Assembly: GCA_965248055.1 (NCBI GenBank)
Contig: CBDFIJ010000004.1
Coordinates: forward strand, 2,823,908-2,887,907
Direction of reading: 5' to 3'
Length of the DNA: 64,000 nucleotides
DNA from: Candidatus Multivoradales bacterium
GTDB taxonomy: Bacteria > Acidobacteriota > Thermoanaerobaculia > Multivoradales > JAHEKO01
Positions 27,359 through 36,791 of the stretch are shown here, piece by piece (within the stretch, counting starts at the first letter, position 1; every line of letters starts with the position of its first letter). Below the pieces are notes generated by a model. It was not told the origin of the DNA. It worked only from the letters and a program-made list of their open reading frames with translations, and did not search any database. Both the position numbers and the translations under genes were made by a program.

Positions 27359-27741
27359 GAGATAGGCCCCCGCCCGCCGGGATGACGGGAAGGCAGATGT
27401 GTTTGGAACTACAGACTGACGGTGCCTTCTTTATGGTGAGGGGTTTACCCCCTCCCGCTTCTGCTGCCCACCGTCGCTCTCGGGCTGCGTCCCGGCTCCT
27501 CTCCTTCCTTGTGACGGGACGACGAATGGGGTGACGCTGAAAGCTGATCGACCCTCTTCGTAGGGAGCAGGTGAAGCTGCCGCTCCGGCGCGCCAGGTAT
27601 CCCCACACGCCCTTCTCGTATTTCGAAAATCTGGCGTTTGATTTGCACTAGCTTTTCGCGAGCAGCTACCGCCGAGCACAGTCCCATGGTTTCCAAGAAA
27701 ACAATCACCAACCGTAAGGCGAAAAGGGCACGACTCGTTCC

Positions 27742-30159
27742 ATGAGGGCGGCCGGCTTCATTGGGAAAGGACTGTTGTCTGCCTTGGGTCGTCGTTGGGT
27801 GCTCTTGTCGGCTTGTACACTGGCCCTGTCCTTAGCTCTGTTTGGAATCTGGTTAACGCTGCCATTCTGGCGCCTGAGCCGACAGTTCGCCTCGTTTACC
27901 GCCGCTCGACCCAGTCACATTTACGCCCAACCTCTGACCCTGGAAGCGGGCCAGTCAGTCGGATCTGTGGATCGGCTGGCTAGCAAGTTACTCGCGTCGG
28001 GGTTTGTTGAAGTGGAGGATCGCCCAGCTGTGGGGACTTTCCGCAGACACGGGCAGCAGTTGGATCTAGTGACGCCCGAGGTTTTGACCGAGCTTGGCTG
28101 GCAACCCCCGAAGGCGCTGGCGATATCGATCTCGGGTTCCAAGATCAGCCAGCTGCGCACCAGCAGCAAGTCCGCTCAATCGGTTGCCGTCGCCTCACCG
28201 GTGGTGGCGGTATTCGTCGGTGACGATGGGGCGGAGCGGTTGCCAGTGCGGATTGGAGATCTCCCGGATCACGTCACGCGAGCGGTATTGGCCGCCGAAG
28301 ACACCCGGTTCTATGAGCACTCGGGAATCTCTCCCAAGGGTATCGCGCGGGCGGCCGTGTCCAATGTACGCGGGGGTGGTCCGCTGCAGGGAGGATCGAC
28401 GCTCACCCAGCAACTGGTAAAAAACCTCTACCTCACTCACGAGCGCACTTGGACTCGAAAACTGCGCGAAGCGGTGCTCGCCCTAATCATTGACGCGCGC
28501 TACAGCAAGAATCAGATCCTAGAGGCCTATCTTAATGAGATTTATTGGGGCCGGAGTGGAGACGTCAACATTGCTGGTATCGGCGCTGCGGCTTCGGCCT
28601 ACTTCAACAAATCAGCCCAAGAGCTCTCGGTTTCGGAGGCGGCTCTGTTGGCCGGGATGATTTCGGCGCCAGCCAATTATCTGCCCACGGTGCATCCCGA
28701 TCGGGCGGTGGATCGACGCAATTGGGTTCTGCGCCGGATGGAGGAGTTGCAGTGGCTGTCTCCCGAATTGGCCACCCGAGCTCAGGCTGAGTCACTGCAT
28801 GTTCGGACCACGCCGTTGATCGGCAGGCGGGCGGCCTTTTTTGTCGATCGCGTGGTGCGGGAGGCGAGTGACCGGTTTGCGCTGGTTGACTTAAAGACTG
28901 CGGGCTTTGACATCCTGTCGACCCTAGATCTTGGCGCTCAGCAAGCCGCGGAATCTGCGGTCGCCAAGCTCCAGAAACCCTCTGAAGAACAGGCACCTCC
29001 CGAGGTGGCGATGGTCTCGGTCGACGCAGAAACCGGAGCGATTCGGGCTTATCTGGGAGGCACCCGCTACGGTCGTAGTCAGTTTGATCGGGTACGCCAG
29101 ATGCGGCGTCAAGCCGGGAGTGCTTTTAAGCCGGTGGTCTACACCGCAGCTCTCGCCGCCGGTCGGATTACCCCTGCCAGTTTGTTGGTGGACGAGCCGT
29201 TGACCGTTCAAATCGCCAGCCAGACGTGGAGCCCAGAAAATTCCAACGGTGAGTACCGCGGCTGGGTGACCGCGAGGCGGGCGATCGAAGACAGTTTGAA
29301 TATTCCGACCGCTCGACTGGGCCTCGACATCGGCCTCAAACAAGTGGTTGAGGTTGCGCGCAAGATGGGAATCGAGGCGCCGTTAAAGCCCTATCCATCT
29401 CTGTCCCTGGGTGCCTTTGAGGTCTCGCCACAAGAACTGGTCACCGTCTACGCGACCTTGGCCTCAGAAGGTGTGCGGCCGACGGTTCACGCGGTGGTTT
29501 CGGTGCGCGATCGGCGCGGCGAATTGGTCGAGGGAGAGCCCCTGGCATCGCGAGAGCGAGTGATCAGCCCACAAGTGGCATATTTGATGACTTCACTGCT
29601 GCGCGGAGTCATGGATCGCGGTACCGGTCGCTTCGCGCGTTCTTGGGGCCTATCGGACGGTTTGGCGGGCAAGACTGGAACCAGCAATGAGCGACGCGAC
29701 AGTTGGTTTGCCGGTTACTCTCCCGACATCGCCACTGCAGTGTGGGTGGGCTACGACGACAATGCGGCGACAAGCTTGGGCGGCGCTCGCGCGGCATTGC
29801 CGATCTGGACCGAATACATGAAAGCCACCCGTCCGGCCGGCGGCTATCCCGAATTTCGTCGCCCCGAAGGCGTCGAGTCGGCGTGGATTGACCCACTCAC
29901 TGGATTCCTGGCGGCACCGGAATGCCCGACAGCAGTCAGCGAAGATTTTCTCAAGTCGGATGTTCCTGGCATCTTTTGCCCGATGCATCGCGGTCGGTTC
30001 CGCTACGTTTTCGGTCAAATCGACCCTCGTCAGTTACCACCAGGGGTTGAAATTGTCGGTCGACAGCGTGGTGAAGAGCCGGAGCAAACCGTGCGCAAGA
30101 AGAAACGCGGTTTCCTACGCCGAGTCTTTGGTCGGCGCAACCGACGCTCCGACGGCTAG
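27742..30159 (+). CDS. Class A penicillin-binding protein (glycosyltransferase plus transpeptidase), PBP1B-like with an insert between the TM and GT domains
   Basis: GT51 motifs AAEDTRFYEHSGIS, GGSTLTQQLVKN and RKLRE. TP motifs SAFKP, SLN and KTGTS. Confidence 0.9.
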   Translation: MRAAGFIGKGLLSALGRRWVLLSACTLALSLALFGIWLTLPFWRLSRQFASFTAARPSHIYAQPLTLEAGQSVGSVDRLASKLLASGFVEVEDRPAVGTFRRHGQQLDLVTPEVLTELGWQPPKALAISISGSKISQLRTSSKSAQSVAVASPVVAVFVGDDGAERLPVRIGDLPDHVTRAVLAAEDTRFYEHSGISPKGIARAAVSNVRGGGPLQGGSTLTQQLVKNLYLTHERTWTRKLREAVLALIIDARYSKNQILEAYLNEIYWGRSGDVNIAGIGAAASAYFNKSAQELSVSEAALLAGMISAPANYLPTVHPDRAVDRRNWVLRRMEELQWLSPELATRAQAESLHVRTTPLIGRRAAFFVDRVVREASDRFALVDLKTAGFDILSTLDLGAQQAAESAVAKLQKPSEEQAPPEVAMVSVDAETGAIRAYLGGTRYGRSQFDRVRQMRRQAGSAFKPVVYTAALAAGRITPASLLVDEPLTVQIASQTWSPENSNGEYRGWVTARRAIEDSLNIPTARLGLDIGLKQVVEVARKMGIEAPLKPYPSLSLGAFEVSPQELVTVYATLASEGVRPTVHAVVSVRDRRGELVEGEPLASRERVISPQVAYLMTSLLRGVMDRGTGRFARSWGLSDGLAGKTGTSNERRDSWFAGYSPDIATAVWVGYDDNAATSLGGARAALPIWTEYMKATRPAGGYPEFRRPEGVESAWIDPLTGFLAAPECPTAVSEDFLKSDVPGIFCPMHRGRFRYVFGQIDPRQLPPGVEIVGRQRGEEPEQTVRKKKRGFLRRVFGRRNRRSDG

Positions 30160-30197
30160 CGTCCAGGTCGAAGCGCCAAGCTTGGGACAAGTCGTTG

Positions 30198-32516
30198 TCA
30201 GAATTGAAAATGAACCCGAGCTGTGATCTCGCGCGGCGGGATCAGTTCGTCACTGGTGGTGTGCAAGCCAAAGGGGTTGGTAAACCGACTGTTGACCCCA
30301 TCGCGGTCGAATAGGTTGGACGCCACCAAACTGACACTCCATCGCTGTCCCGCGGGCCCCAAGGACAAAGAAAAACTGACCGTGGTGTAGGCAGGGACTC
30401 GGTCGACCTGTGGGTGGTTGAAGACGCGATATTGGTACTCACCGCGATAGATGGCGTCGAGGCGCGGGGTCCACCAGAACCCCTGAAGGGTTTGAAAGCT
30501 ACGGCTCAAAGCGACCCGCCCACTGAGGTCGACCAGTTTGGGCGGTTGATTGCCAGCTAGGTTGGTGCGCAGTCGCTGGCGTTGCGGGATCGCCGCTACG
30601 GTGAAACGCCCGACTCCAGAGTCGAGGAAATCGACCACATCGAGAGTTACAACGTCGCTGTCGATGGATCCATCGAGCAAGGTCGCCTGGCCTTCGACCT
30701 GCAAACCGCTGGCAAACTGCCAGCGAAACTCAGACTCTAGGCCGTGGATCGAGGTCTTGGGGATGTTTCCGGTGCCCGCGGCGAAGGGAACGGGGTCTTC
30801 CTGGATGTATTGGAAGTTGCTGTAATCGCTGTAGAAGGCGGTGGTGTTGAGATGGGCCCTGTGGTTGGCAAAAGCACTGCGGATTCCCACTTCGGCGGTG
30901 ATGACCTCTTCCGGAGCGAAAATGATCGGTACATCCAACGCTCCGCCAATCAGGGCACCTGGATTGAGACCGCCATTCTTCCAACCGGTAGACAGCGAAG
31001 CATAAAGCCGATGGTCAGGACGCAGCGCGAAGTCGGCCCCAAGTTTCCAGGTGATTTGATTGTCCTCGGTCGGTTGTTGCGAGTCGAGAAACCAGAACTG
31101 GGTGGTCTGATCGGTGGCTCGATCAATCTGATAGCGACCACCGAAGGACAGCGTCAACTTGGGCCGTACCGGATAATTCAATTGGCCGTAGGCGGCGCTA
31201 TCGGTACGCGTGACTTCCCGGTCCTCGACAAACTCCAGGGGGGGTTGAAAAGGGGGCAGCGTGGTCGGCGAAGGATTGGCGATCTGTTGTTGGAAGGCGG
31301 ATACCGGGGCAGGTCCGACCAACTCGACAAAAAAATTGTCATTGCGGTGTTTCAGATAGTAGAGGCCAGCAACCCAACTGGTGCGCTCGGAGTTGCCCAA
31401 TAGGCTCACTTCTTGGCTGAATGCTCGCGAATTGTTGTTCCAAATCGGCAACAGATCGAAGTTGGCGGCACCGAAACCGGTTAGGTCGACGGTGACCAGA
31501 TCTTCGGTGAGTCGATCTCCGTCTAACGACTGGTCTTTCTTCAGTTGCTGTAGCGCGGAAACCGATTGCACAAGCAGGCGATCACTGACCACACCATTGA
31601 CCAAGACCGAGGCGCGAGAGCTGCTCAGTCCGAAGGTGCTGGAGAAATCTTGAGTCAGTTGACGCGCAGCCGCATTGGGGTCCTGGCGGTTTTTTTGCGC
31701 TGCGCCGTGCTGGTCTGAGTTGTAGAGGGTGCCCGAGAGCCGAGCCGACCAAGAGTCGTTGGGCAACCACTGCACCGCCAGCCGTGCCGACTGGGCATGC
31801 GCATCATCCAATGGATAGCCGTCCAGATCGCCGCCTGTAATCGCCGCGAAGCCGTCGCGATCCAGAGTCTTTCCTGAGGCTCGCATCGCGGCGTGGTTCC
31901 CCAGCGGCAGATTCCAGTACCCGGAACCCTCGAAGCGAGAAAAACTGCCAAGCCCGAGGGTTACGCCACCATCAAGATTGCCGAGAGTGGGCCTTCTGGT
32001 TACCAAATTGACCGCGCCACCGATTGCACTTTGACCGAACTCGGTACCTTGCGGACCGCGGAACACCTCGACTCGCTCCAGATCGTCCAGTTCCAGACCA
32101 AATGCCAACGGATTGGCGATGTAGACCCCATCGACGTAGAGCAGCACACCGGGCTGGGTGCTGAGATTCTGTGCGGTCTCCCAGCCAACGCCACGCATCG
32201 ACACCACGCGGCCAGCGCCATCGTTCTTACTAACAGTCAGTCCGGGCACCAGCCCGTTGAAGTCGTCGAGCTTGCTGAGGTTGAGGCGGCTAAGGTCTTC
32301 TGCAGAGGCCACCGATACCGCGGCGGGAACCAGCTCCAGAGAAGAGGTCTGCTTCTGAGACCTGACCGTGATCTCCTCTTGAGCCCGCGTGGCTTTTGGC
32401 TCAGGCTGTGCTGCCAGGGGCACTGTCAAGAGGCCAATCGCCCAAAGTGCCAGTCGAAGCGATCTCTGACAAAGCGACTGCACACGAAAGGACCGGACGT
32501 AGAGATGGAGCGGCAT
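30198..32516 (-). CDS. TonB-dependent outer-membrane receptor
   Basis: Signal peptide, plug-domain motifs (ITVRS..., VSMRGVG, RVEVFRGPQGTEFGQSAIGGAVNLVT), a long barrel and a terminal ...ARVHFQF. Confidence 0.9.
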   Translation of the reverse strand: MPLHLYVRSFRVQSLCQRSLRLALWAIGLLTVPLAAQPEPKATRAQEEITVRSQKQTSSLELVPAAVSVASAEDLSRLNLSKLDDFNGLVPGLTVSKNDGAGRVVSMRGVGWETAQNLSTQPGVLLYVDGVYIANPLAFGLELDDLERVEVFRGPQGTEFGQSAIGGAVNLVTRRPTLGNLDGGVTLGLGSFSRFEGSGYWNLPLGNHAAMRASGKTLDRDGFAAITGGDLDGYPLDDAHAQSARLAVQWLPNDSWSARLSGTLYNSDQHGAAQKNRQDPNAAARQLTQDFSSTFGLSSSRASVLVNGVVSDRLLVQSVSALQQLKKDQSLDGDRLTEDLVTVDLTGFGAANFDLLPIWNNNSRAFSQEVSLLGNSERTSWVAGLYYLKHRNDNFFVELVGPAPVSAFQQQIANPSPTTLPPFQPPLEFVEDREVTRTDSAAYGQLNYPVRPKLTLSFGGRYQIDRATDQTTQFWFLDSQQPTEDNQITWKLGADFALRPDHRLYASLSTGWKNGGLNPGALIGGALDVPIIFAPEEVITAEVGIRSAFANHRAHLNTTAFYSDYSNFQYIQEDPVPFAAGTGNIPKTSIHGLESEFRWQFASGLQVEGQATLLDGSIDSDVVTLDVVDFLDSGVGRFTVAAIPQRQRLRTNLAGNQPPKLVDLSGRVALSRSFQTLQGFWWTPRLDAIYRGEYQYRVFNHPQVDRVPAYTTVSFSLSLGPAGQRWSVSLVASNLFDRDGVNSRFTNPFGLHTTSDELIPPREITARVHFQF

Positions 32517-32715
32517 GAGAGGTTTTTTTTTGGATTACTAAATGGTGACAGCCGTGATTTTTCGGCGACTCTAGTGATCCATCGCCCGCGCGTCTAGCTT
32601 GAACTACGACTAAACAGGGTCGGAAGGTTCGGAGACAGTTTTCGCGATCGGTACGAACGGACACTGGCGCACGATGCCGCTCGCAGTCGCGGTAAGCTGG
32701 GGTGTTTAGAGCGCC

Positions 32716-35646
32716 ATGCCGATCACCAAAATGCTGTCCAACATACCGCCCGACAACCGTCCCTCTCTGGTGGTCGAAGGAGCAACCACGCACAATCTCA
32801 AAGGGGTGGATTGTGCGATCCCTCATGGTGCCCTAACTGTGGTCACCGGGTTGTCTGGAGCGGGCAAGTCGTCGCTGGCTGTCGACACCGTGTATGCCGA
32901 GGCGCAGCGTCGGTTCGTTGAGTCGATGTCCACCTACGCACGCCAGTTTCTGCAGCAAATGGAACGCCCACCGGCGGATCGCATCGAGGGTGTCTTGCCG
33001 CCTATTCTCTTGACGCCCAAGGTGTCGATTCAAAACGCGCGCTCGACCGTCGGGACACTGTCGGAAATTTATGAGCCGCTGCGATTGCTGTTTGCTCACT
33101 TGGGACAGGTCGACTGCCCCAACGGGCATGGACGGCTGCGCGAGTGGGCCGCAGAGTCTTTGCTCAACGCTCTACAAGAGAGTATCGCGGGGGATCGATT
33201 CACCCTTTGTGCAGAGGTGGAGCGACCGGCGAAAGATGCCGATCGGGCACTCGAAGAATTGACCAGATTGGGGTATCGGCGTATCTGGCGCGACGACGCA
33301 GTAGTCGAGTTGCCCGCGGGGGCAGGCTGGCCAAAAAAGCTCGTACCGTTGCGCCTGGTGATTGGTCGGTTGGCCAAGACCTCGGACCGCGAACGACTCG
33401 ACGACGCGGTTGAAGAGGCGCTGAGGCTGGGACAAGGGCGGGTGCAAATATTTGGTGACAAGACGCTGATTGTGAGCACCGGGTCGTCGGCTGGCAGGAC
33501 TTGCATCGAGTGTTGCCAGCAGCAGCCGCTACCGACCCCTGATCTGTTCTCGTTCTATTCACCTTTGGGGGCGTGCCCTGAATGTGGTGGTTTCGGTCGA
33601 GTCGCGGGTATCGACCCGGACTTGGTGATTCCCGACCCCGCACTGACTCTGGAGGAAAATCCGTTTGCCCCCTGGAAAACCCCGCGTCATAGCAAGAACC
33701 TAGCCAAGTTGTTGGCGGCAGCAAAAGAGTGCGGTATCCCCACTGATGTTCCCTGGTCCATATTGACTGAGAGCCAGCACCAATGGGTGTGGAGTGGGTC
33801 GGGCCCGTTCGTCAGTTTGGACAAGTTTTTTGCCCGCTTGGAACGCAAGAAATACCGCGTCCATGCGCGAGTCTTCCTGGCTCGGTTTCGCTCCTACAAT
33901 CGGTGCTCGCAGTGCGATGGAGAGCGGCTGGCGGACCCCGGTCGGGAATATCGTGTCGCCGAGCGTCGACTTCCGGAGCTGACCTCGATTCCTTTGGTCG
34001 AACTATTGGACTGGCTTCGCGCTCAGAGTTGGGACCAGCGTGATTTCGACCGTGTCTCGAACTTGTTGCAGGATCTCGATCGTCGGCTGGCGACCATGGT
34101 CGAGGTAGGGCTCGGATACCTGCACCTCAATCGGCGGGCGCGCACGCTCTCCGGCGGGGAGATCCAAAGAGTGCAAATGGCAGCAGCACTGGGCTCCGGC
34201 CTGACTTCGACCCTGTACGTGATTGACGAGCCGACGGTGGGCCTACACGCCGCCGACAGCGCCCGGCTGCTCAAGGTTCTGGGTGACCTAACGGCGAAGG
34301 GCAACACGGTACTGGTGGTGGAGCACGACCCGGCCTTGATTCTCGGTGCCGATCACGTGATCGACTTGGGGCCTGGATCTGGTGAGCACGGAGGAGTGAT
34401 CCTTGCGGCCGGGACGGTGGATCATATTCTTGCCAACCCCGAGTCGGTGACCGGGCGGTTCTTAGCTCGCGAGGGTGGGCGTGCTTGGCGCGAACACTCT
34501 TCGCGTCATCGCCGAGAGTCCGGCTATCGGCGCAAGGGTCGACGCTCGAGCCAACCGGAGATTGTGGTGCGGGGCGCGAACGCCAACAATCTGCGTGATC
34601 TGACAGTTCGCTTTCCGGTTGGCATGATGACCGGGGTAGCAGGTGCTTCCGGATCGGGAAAGTCGACGTTGATCGCCGACACCTTGCACGGTCAAGCTGC
34701 GCGCCATTTCGGAACCGCTGCTGAGGCGGGGAGCTGCGATGGGGTCGACGGTCTGCAGTGGGTCCATGGCGTCGAACTGGTAGATCAGCGACCCGCCGGG
34801 CGTTCAAGTCGCTCCAACCCGGTGACCTATATCAAGGCCTACGACGGGATTCGACGTCTGTTTGCTGCGACGCCACGGGCTCGAGAATTGGAGATCGGGC
34901 CTGGGGCGTTTTCTTTCAACATCGATGGCGGGAGGTGTCCTTCGTGTAAGGGCACTGGGTCTACCGAAGTTGATATGCAGTTCATGGCACCGATTTCGGT
35001 GACTTGTGATCAGTGCTCCGGGCGGCGTTTTCAGCAGCGCGTTTTGGATGTTCGTTGCCGAGGTCGCAACATTATTGAGGTTCTGCAGATGACGGTCGAC
35101 GAAGCGTTGCTGCTCTTTGCCGACGCCAAAGGTGTGGCCAACCGTCTCCGTTTGTTGTCCACTGCCGGGTTGGGTTACTTACGCCTAGGGCAGGCGACAT
35201 CCACCCTGTCTGGTGGAGAAGTACAACGACTCAAACTTGCTTCGATGCTCGGCCCCAAAGATGAGCAACCCCGGCTCTTGATCTTTGACGAACCGACCAC
35301 TGGTTTACATCTAGCGGACATCGACGTCTTGGTGACCACGCTGCGACGGTTGACCGAACGGGGGCACACCGTGGTGGTGGTGGAACACAGTTTGGAGTTT
35401 CTCTTGAGCGTCGATTGGCTGGTCGACCTGGGTCCCGGTGGCGGTCCGGATGGAGGTCAATTGCTCTACCAAGGGCCGCTGGAGCCCTATCTCAAGCCGG
35501 GCCCCCGTAAGAGTCAGCGCGGAGGTCGCTGCGAATCACCGACCGCGGAGCTACTGCGTCGATTGGACGGCGCTGCGGCACCGGACAGCACTGCAGAGGA
35601 CGGAGCTGCAGAGGGCGGAGCTGTAACGGTGGGCACTGCAAAGTAG
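32716..35646 (+). CDS. uvrA: UvrA-family ABC ATPase (excinuclease subunit A or a paralog)
   Basis: Two Walker A motifs (GLSGAGKSS, GASGSGKST), two LSGGE signatures, and Zn modules (GACPECGGFG, CSQCDG, CPSCKGTG...CDQCSG). Some canonical strings are divergent (see findings). Confidence 0.8.
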   Translation: MPITKMLSNIPPDNRPSLVVEGATTHNLKGVDCAIPHGALTVVTGLSGAGKSSLAVDTVYAEAQRRFVESMSTYARQFLQQMERPPADRIEGVLPPILLTPKVSIQNARSTVGTLSEIYEPLRLLFAHLGQVDCPNGHGRLREWAAESLLNALQESIAGDRFTLCAEVERPAKDADRALEELTRLGYRRIWRDDAVVELPAGAGWPKKLVPLRLVIGRLAKTSDRERLDDAVEEALRLGQGRVQIFGDKTLIVSTGSSAGRTCIECCQQQPLPTPDLFSFYSPLGACPECGGFGRVAGIDPDLVIPDPALTLEENPFAPWKTPRHSKNLAKLLAAAKECGIPTDVPWSILTESQHQWVWSGSGPFVSLDKFFARLERKKYRVHARVFLARFRSYNRCSQCDGERLADPGREYRVAERRLPELTSIPLVELLDWLRAQSWDQRDFDRVSNLLQDLDRRLATMVEVGLGYLHLNRRARTLSGGEIQRVQMAAALGSGLTSTLYVIDEPTVGLHAADSARLLKVLGDLTAKGNTVLVVEHDPALILGADHVIDLGPGSGEHGGVILAAGTVDHILANPESVTGRFLAREGGRAWREHSSRHRRESGYRRKGRRSSQPEIVVRGANANNLRDLTVRFPVGMMTGVAGASGSGKSTLIADTLHGQAARHFGTAAEAGSCDGVDGLQWVHGVELVDQRPAGRSSRSNPVTYIKAYDGIRRLFAATPRARELEIGPGAFSFNIDGGRCPSCKGTGSTEVDMQFMAPISVTCDQCSGRRFQQRVLDVRCRGRNIIEVLQMTVDEALLLFADAKGVANRLRLLSTAGLGYLRLGQATSTLSGGEVQRLKLASMLGPKDEQPRLLIFDEPTTGLHLADIDVLVTTLRRLTERGHTVVVVEHSLEFLLSVDWLVDLGPGGGPDGGQLLYQGPLEPYLKPGPRKSQRGGRCESPTAELLRRLDGAAAPDSTAEDGAAEGGAVTVGTAK

Positions 35647-35693
35647 AGTCTGGGATCGTCAACCGGCGATAGGATGGTGCCGAGCGAACACCG

Positions 35694-36605
35694 ATGAGCT
35701 GGAAAAATCACATCAATGCGGTCGCGGGTTGGGTCCTAGGAGGGACCTTGCTATTCGCAGGGGCGCTCAAGACTCTCGATCCGGCAGCCTTCGCCACCCA
35801 GATCAGCGCCGAAGGCTTGGCCATTCTCTTGCCGGCCATGGTCATCGCAGTGATCGCTATTGGCATCGAAGTAGGGCTAGGCCTGGCTCTGATCCTGGGC
35901 CATCGGCATCGCAGCCTGTTGGTGATCACTTCGGCCCTGGTGGCATTCTTCCTCTTTCTCACCGGTCGCAGCTACTGGAAGTGGACGCGCGGGGAACTCA
36001 CCGACGACGCTGCTTGCGGGTGCTTTGGTTCGCTGGTCGAGCGCACTCCCGCGGAGGCGTTTTGGCAGGACGTGATGCTGTTGTTGCCGACCATCATTAT
36101 CTTGTGGCTGTTCCTTCGTTTTCCACCCCGCGGGCGATGGTTCGGGCTAGCTCCGGTCTTGGCTTGTCTGTCGATGGTGTTCTCAGCGCTGGCCCCAGGG
36201 TTGCCTCTGGACAACTTGGCGACCGGCCTACGTCCCGGAAAGCAATTGACCGAACTTTGTGCTGGAGGGGATGCTCCGGGCGAACGCGCTTGCGTTGATT
36301 TGGTGGTTCCAGAGCTCAACCAAGGGGACCACTGGGTGGTGATGGCCGAGTTGGACAATCCAGCACTTCTGGAAGCGATCAGTGAGCTCAACCAGCGGTT
36401 CAACGGTGGCAAGAGCATCTGGCTGATAACCCCCGATGAAGCCGAGGCAATTCAAGGCTTTACCTGGACTGCCGGCCCCTCTTTCCCAGTGCGTGAGGTG
36501 CCGCTTTCCTTGCTGCGACGTTTCTATCGCAAACTACCGAGGAGTTTTCATATCGTCGACGGCACGGTGACCGAGACTCAGTCCGGTATTTTCGTTGGAG
36601 AGTAG
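35694..36605 (+). CDS. MauE/DoxX-like membrane protein with a C-terminal soluble domain
   Basis: N-terminal four-TM region AGWVLGGTLLFAGALKTLDPAAFATQI... resembles MauE/DoxX. The C-terminal roughly 130 aa are unassigned. Confidence 0.5.
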   Translation: MSWKNHINAVAGWVLGGTLLFAGALKTLDPAAFATQISAEGLAILLPAMVIAVIAIGIEVGLGLALILGHRHRSLLVITSALVAFFLFLTGRSYWKWTRGELTDDAACGCFGSLVERTPAEAFWQDVMLLLPTIIILWLFLRFPPRGRWFGLAPVLACLSMVFSALAPGLPLDNLATGLRPGKQLTELCAGGDAPGERACVDLVVPELNQGDHWVVMAELDNPALLEAISELNQRFNGGKSIWLITPDEAEAIQGFTWTAGPSFPVREVPLSLLRRFYRKLPRSFHIVDGTVTETQSGIFVGE

Positions 36606-36681
36606 GCGAGGATCTTGCACCGGTAGTCTTGTCCAGTGTTTTTCGCTGGACGGTCAACCAAGGAAACTCAAGTACACTTTG

Positions 36682-36745
36682 CTGACCGACACTGTCGCTG
36701 GCCGGCACTGTTACTGGCCGGCACTGTTACTGGTCGGCACTGTTT
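36682..36745. repeat. Four tandem 16-bp direct repeats in the intergenic region upstream of the thioredoxin-like gene
   Basis: CTGACCGACACTGTCG / CTGGCCGGCACTGTTA / CTGGCCGGCACTGTTA / CTGGTCGGCACTGTTT, read directly. Confidence 0.9.
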
Positions 36746-36791
36746 GTGGCTGTCTTAGTGTGGACGAAAAAGATTCAGAAGGAAAAACTTG

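Noticed and set aside
32517-32715. Riboswitch (cobalamin/TPP) in the leader of the TonB-dependent receptor
   Set aside because: Reading the minus strand, I found only an isolated GCCAGUG. None of the other core elements was present (no GGGAA/GGUG..AAUCC/CCCGC series, and no CUGAGA...ACCUGA). The region is shared with the divergent uvrA promoter.
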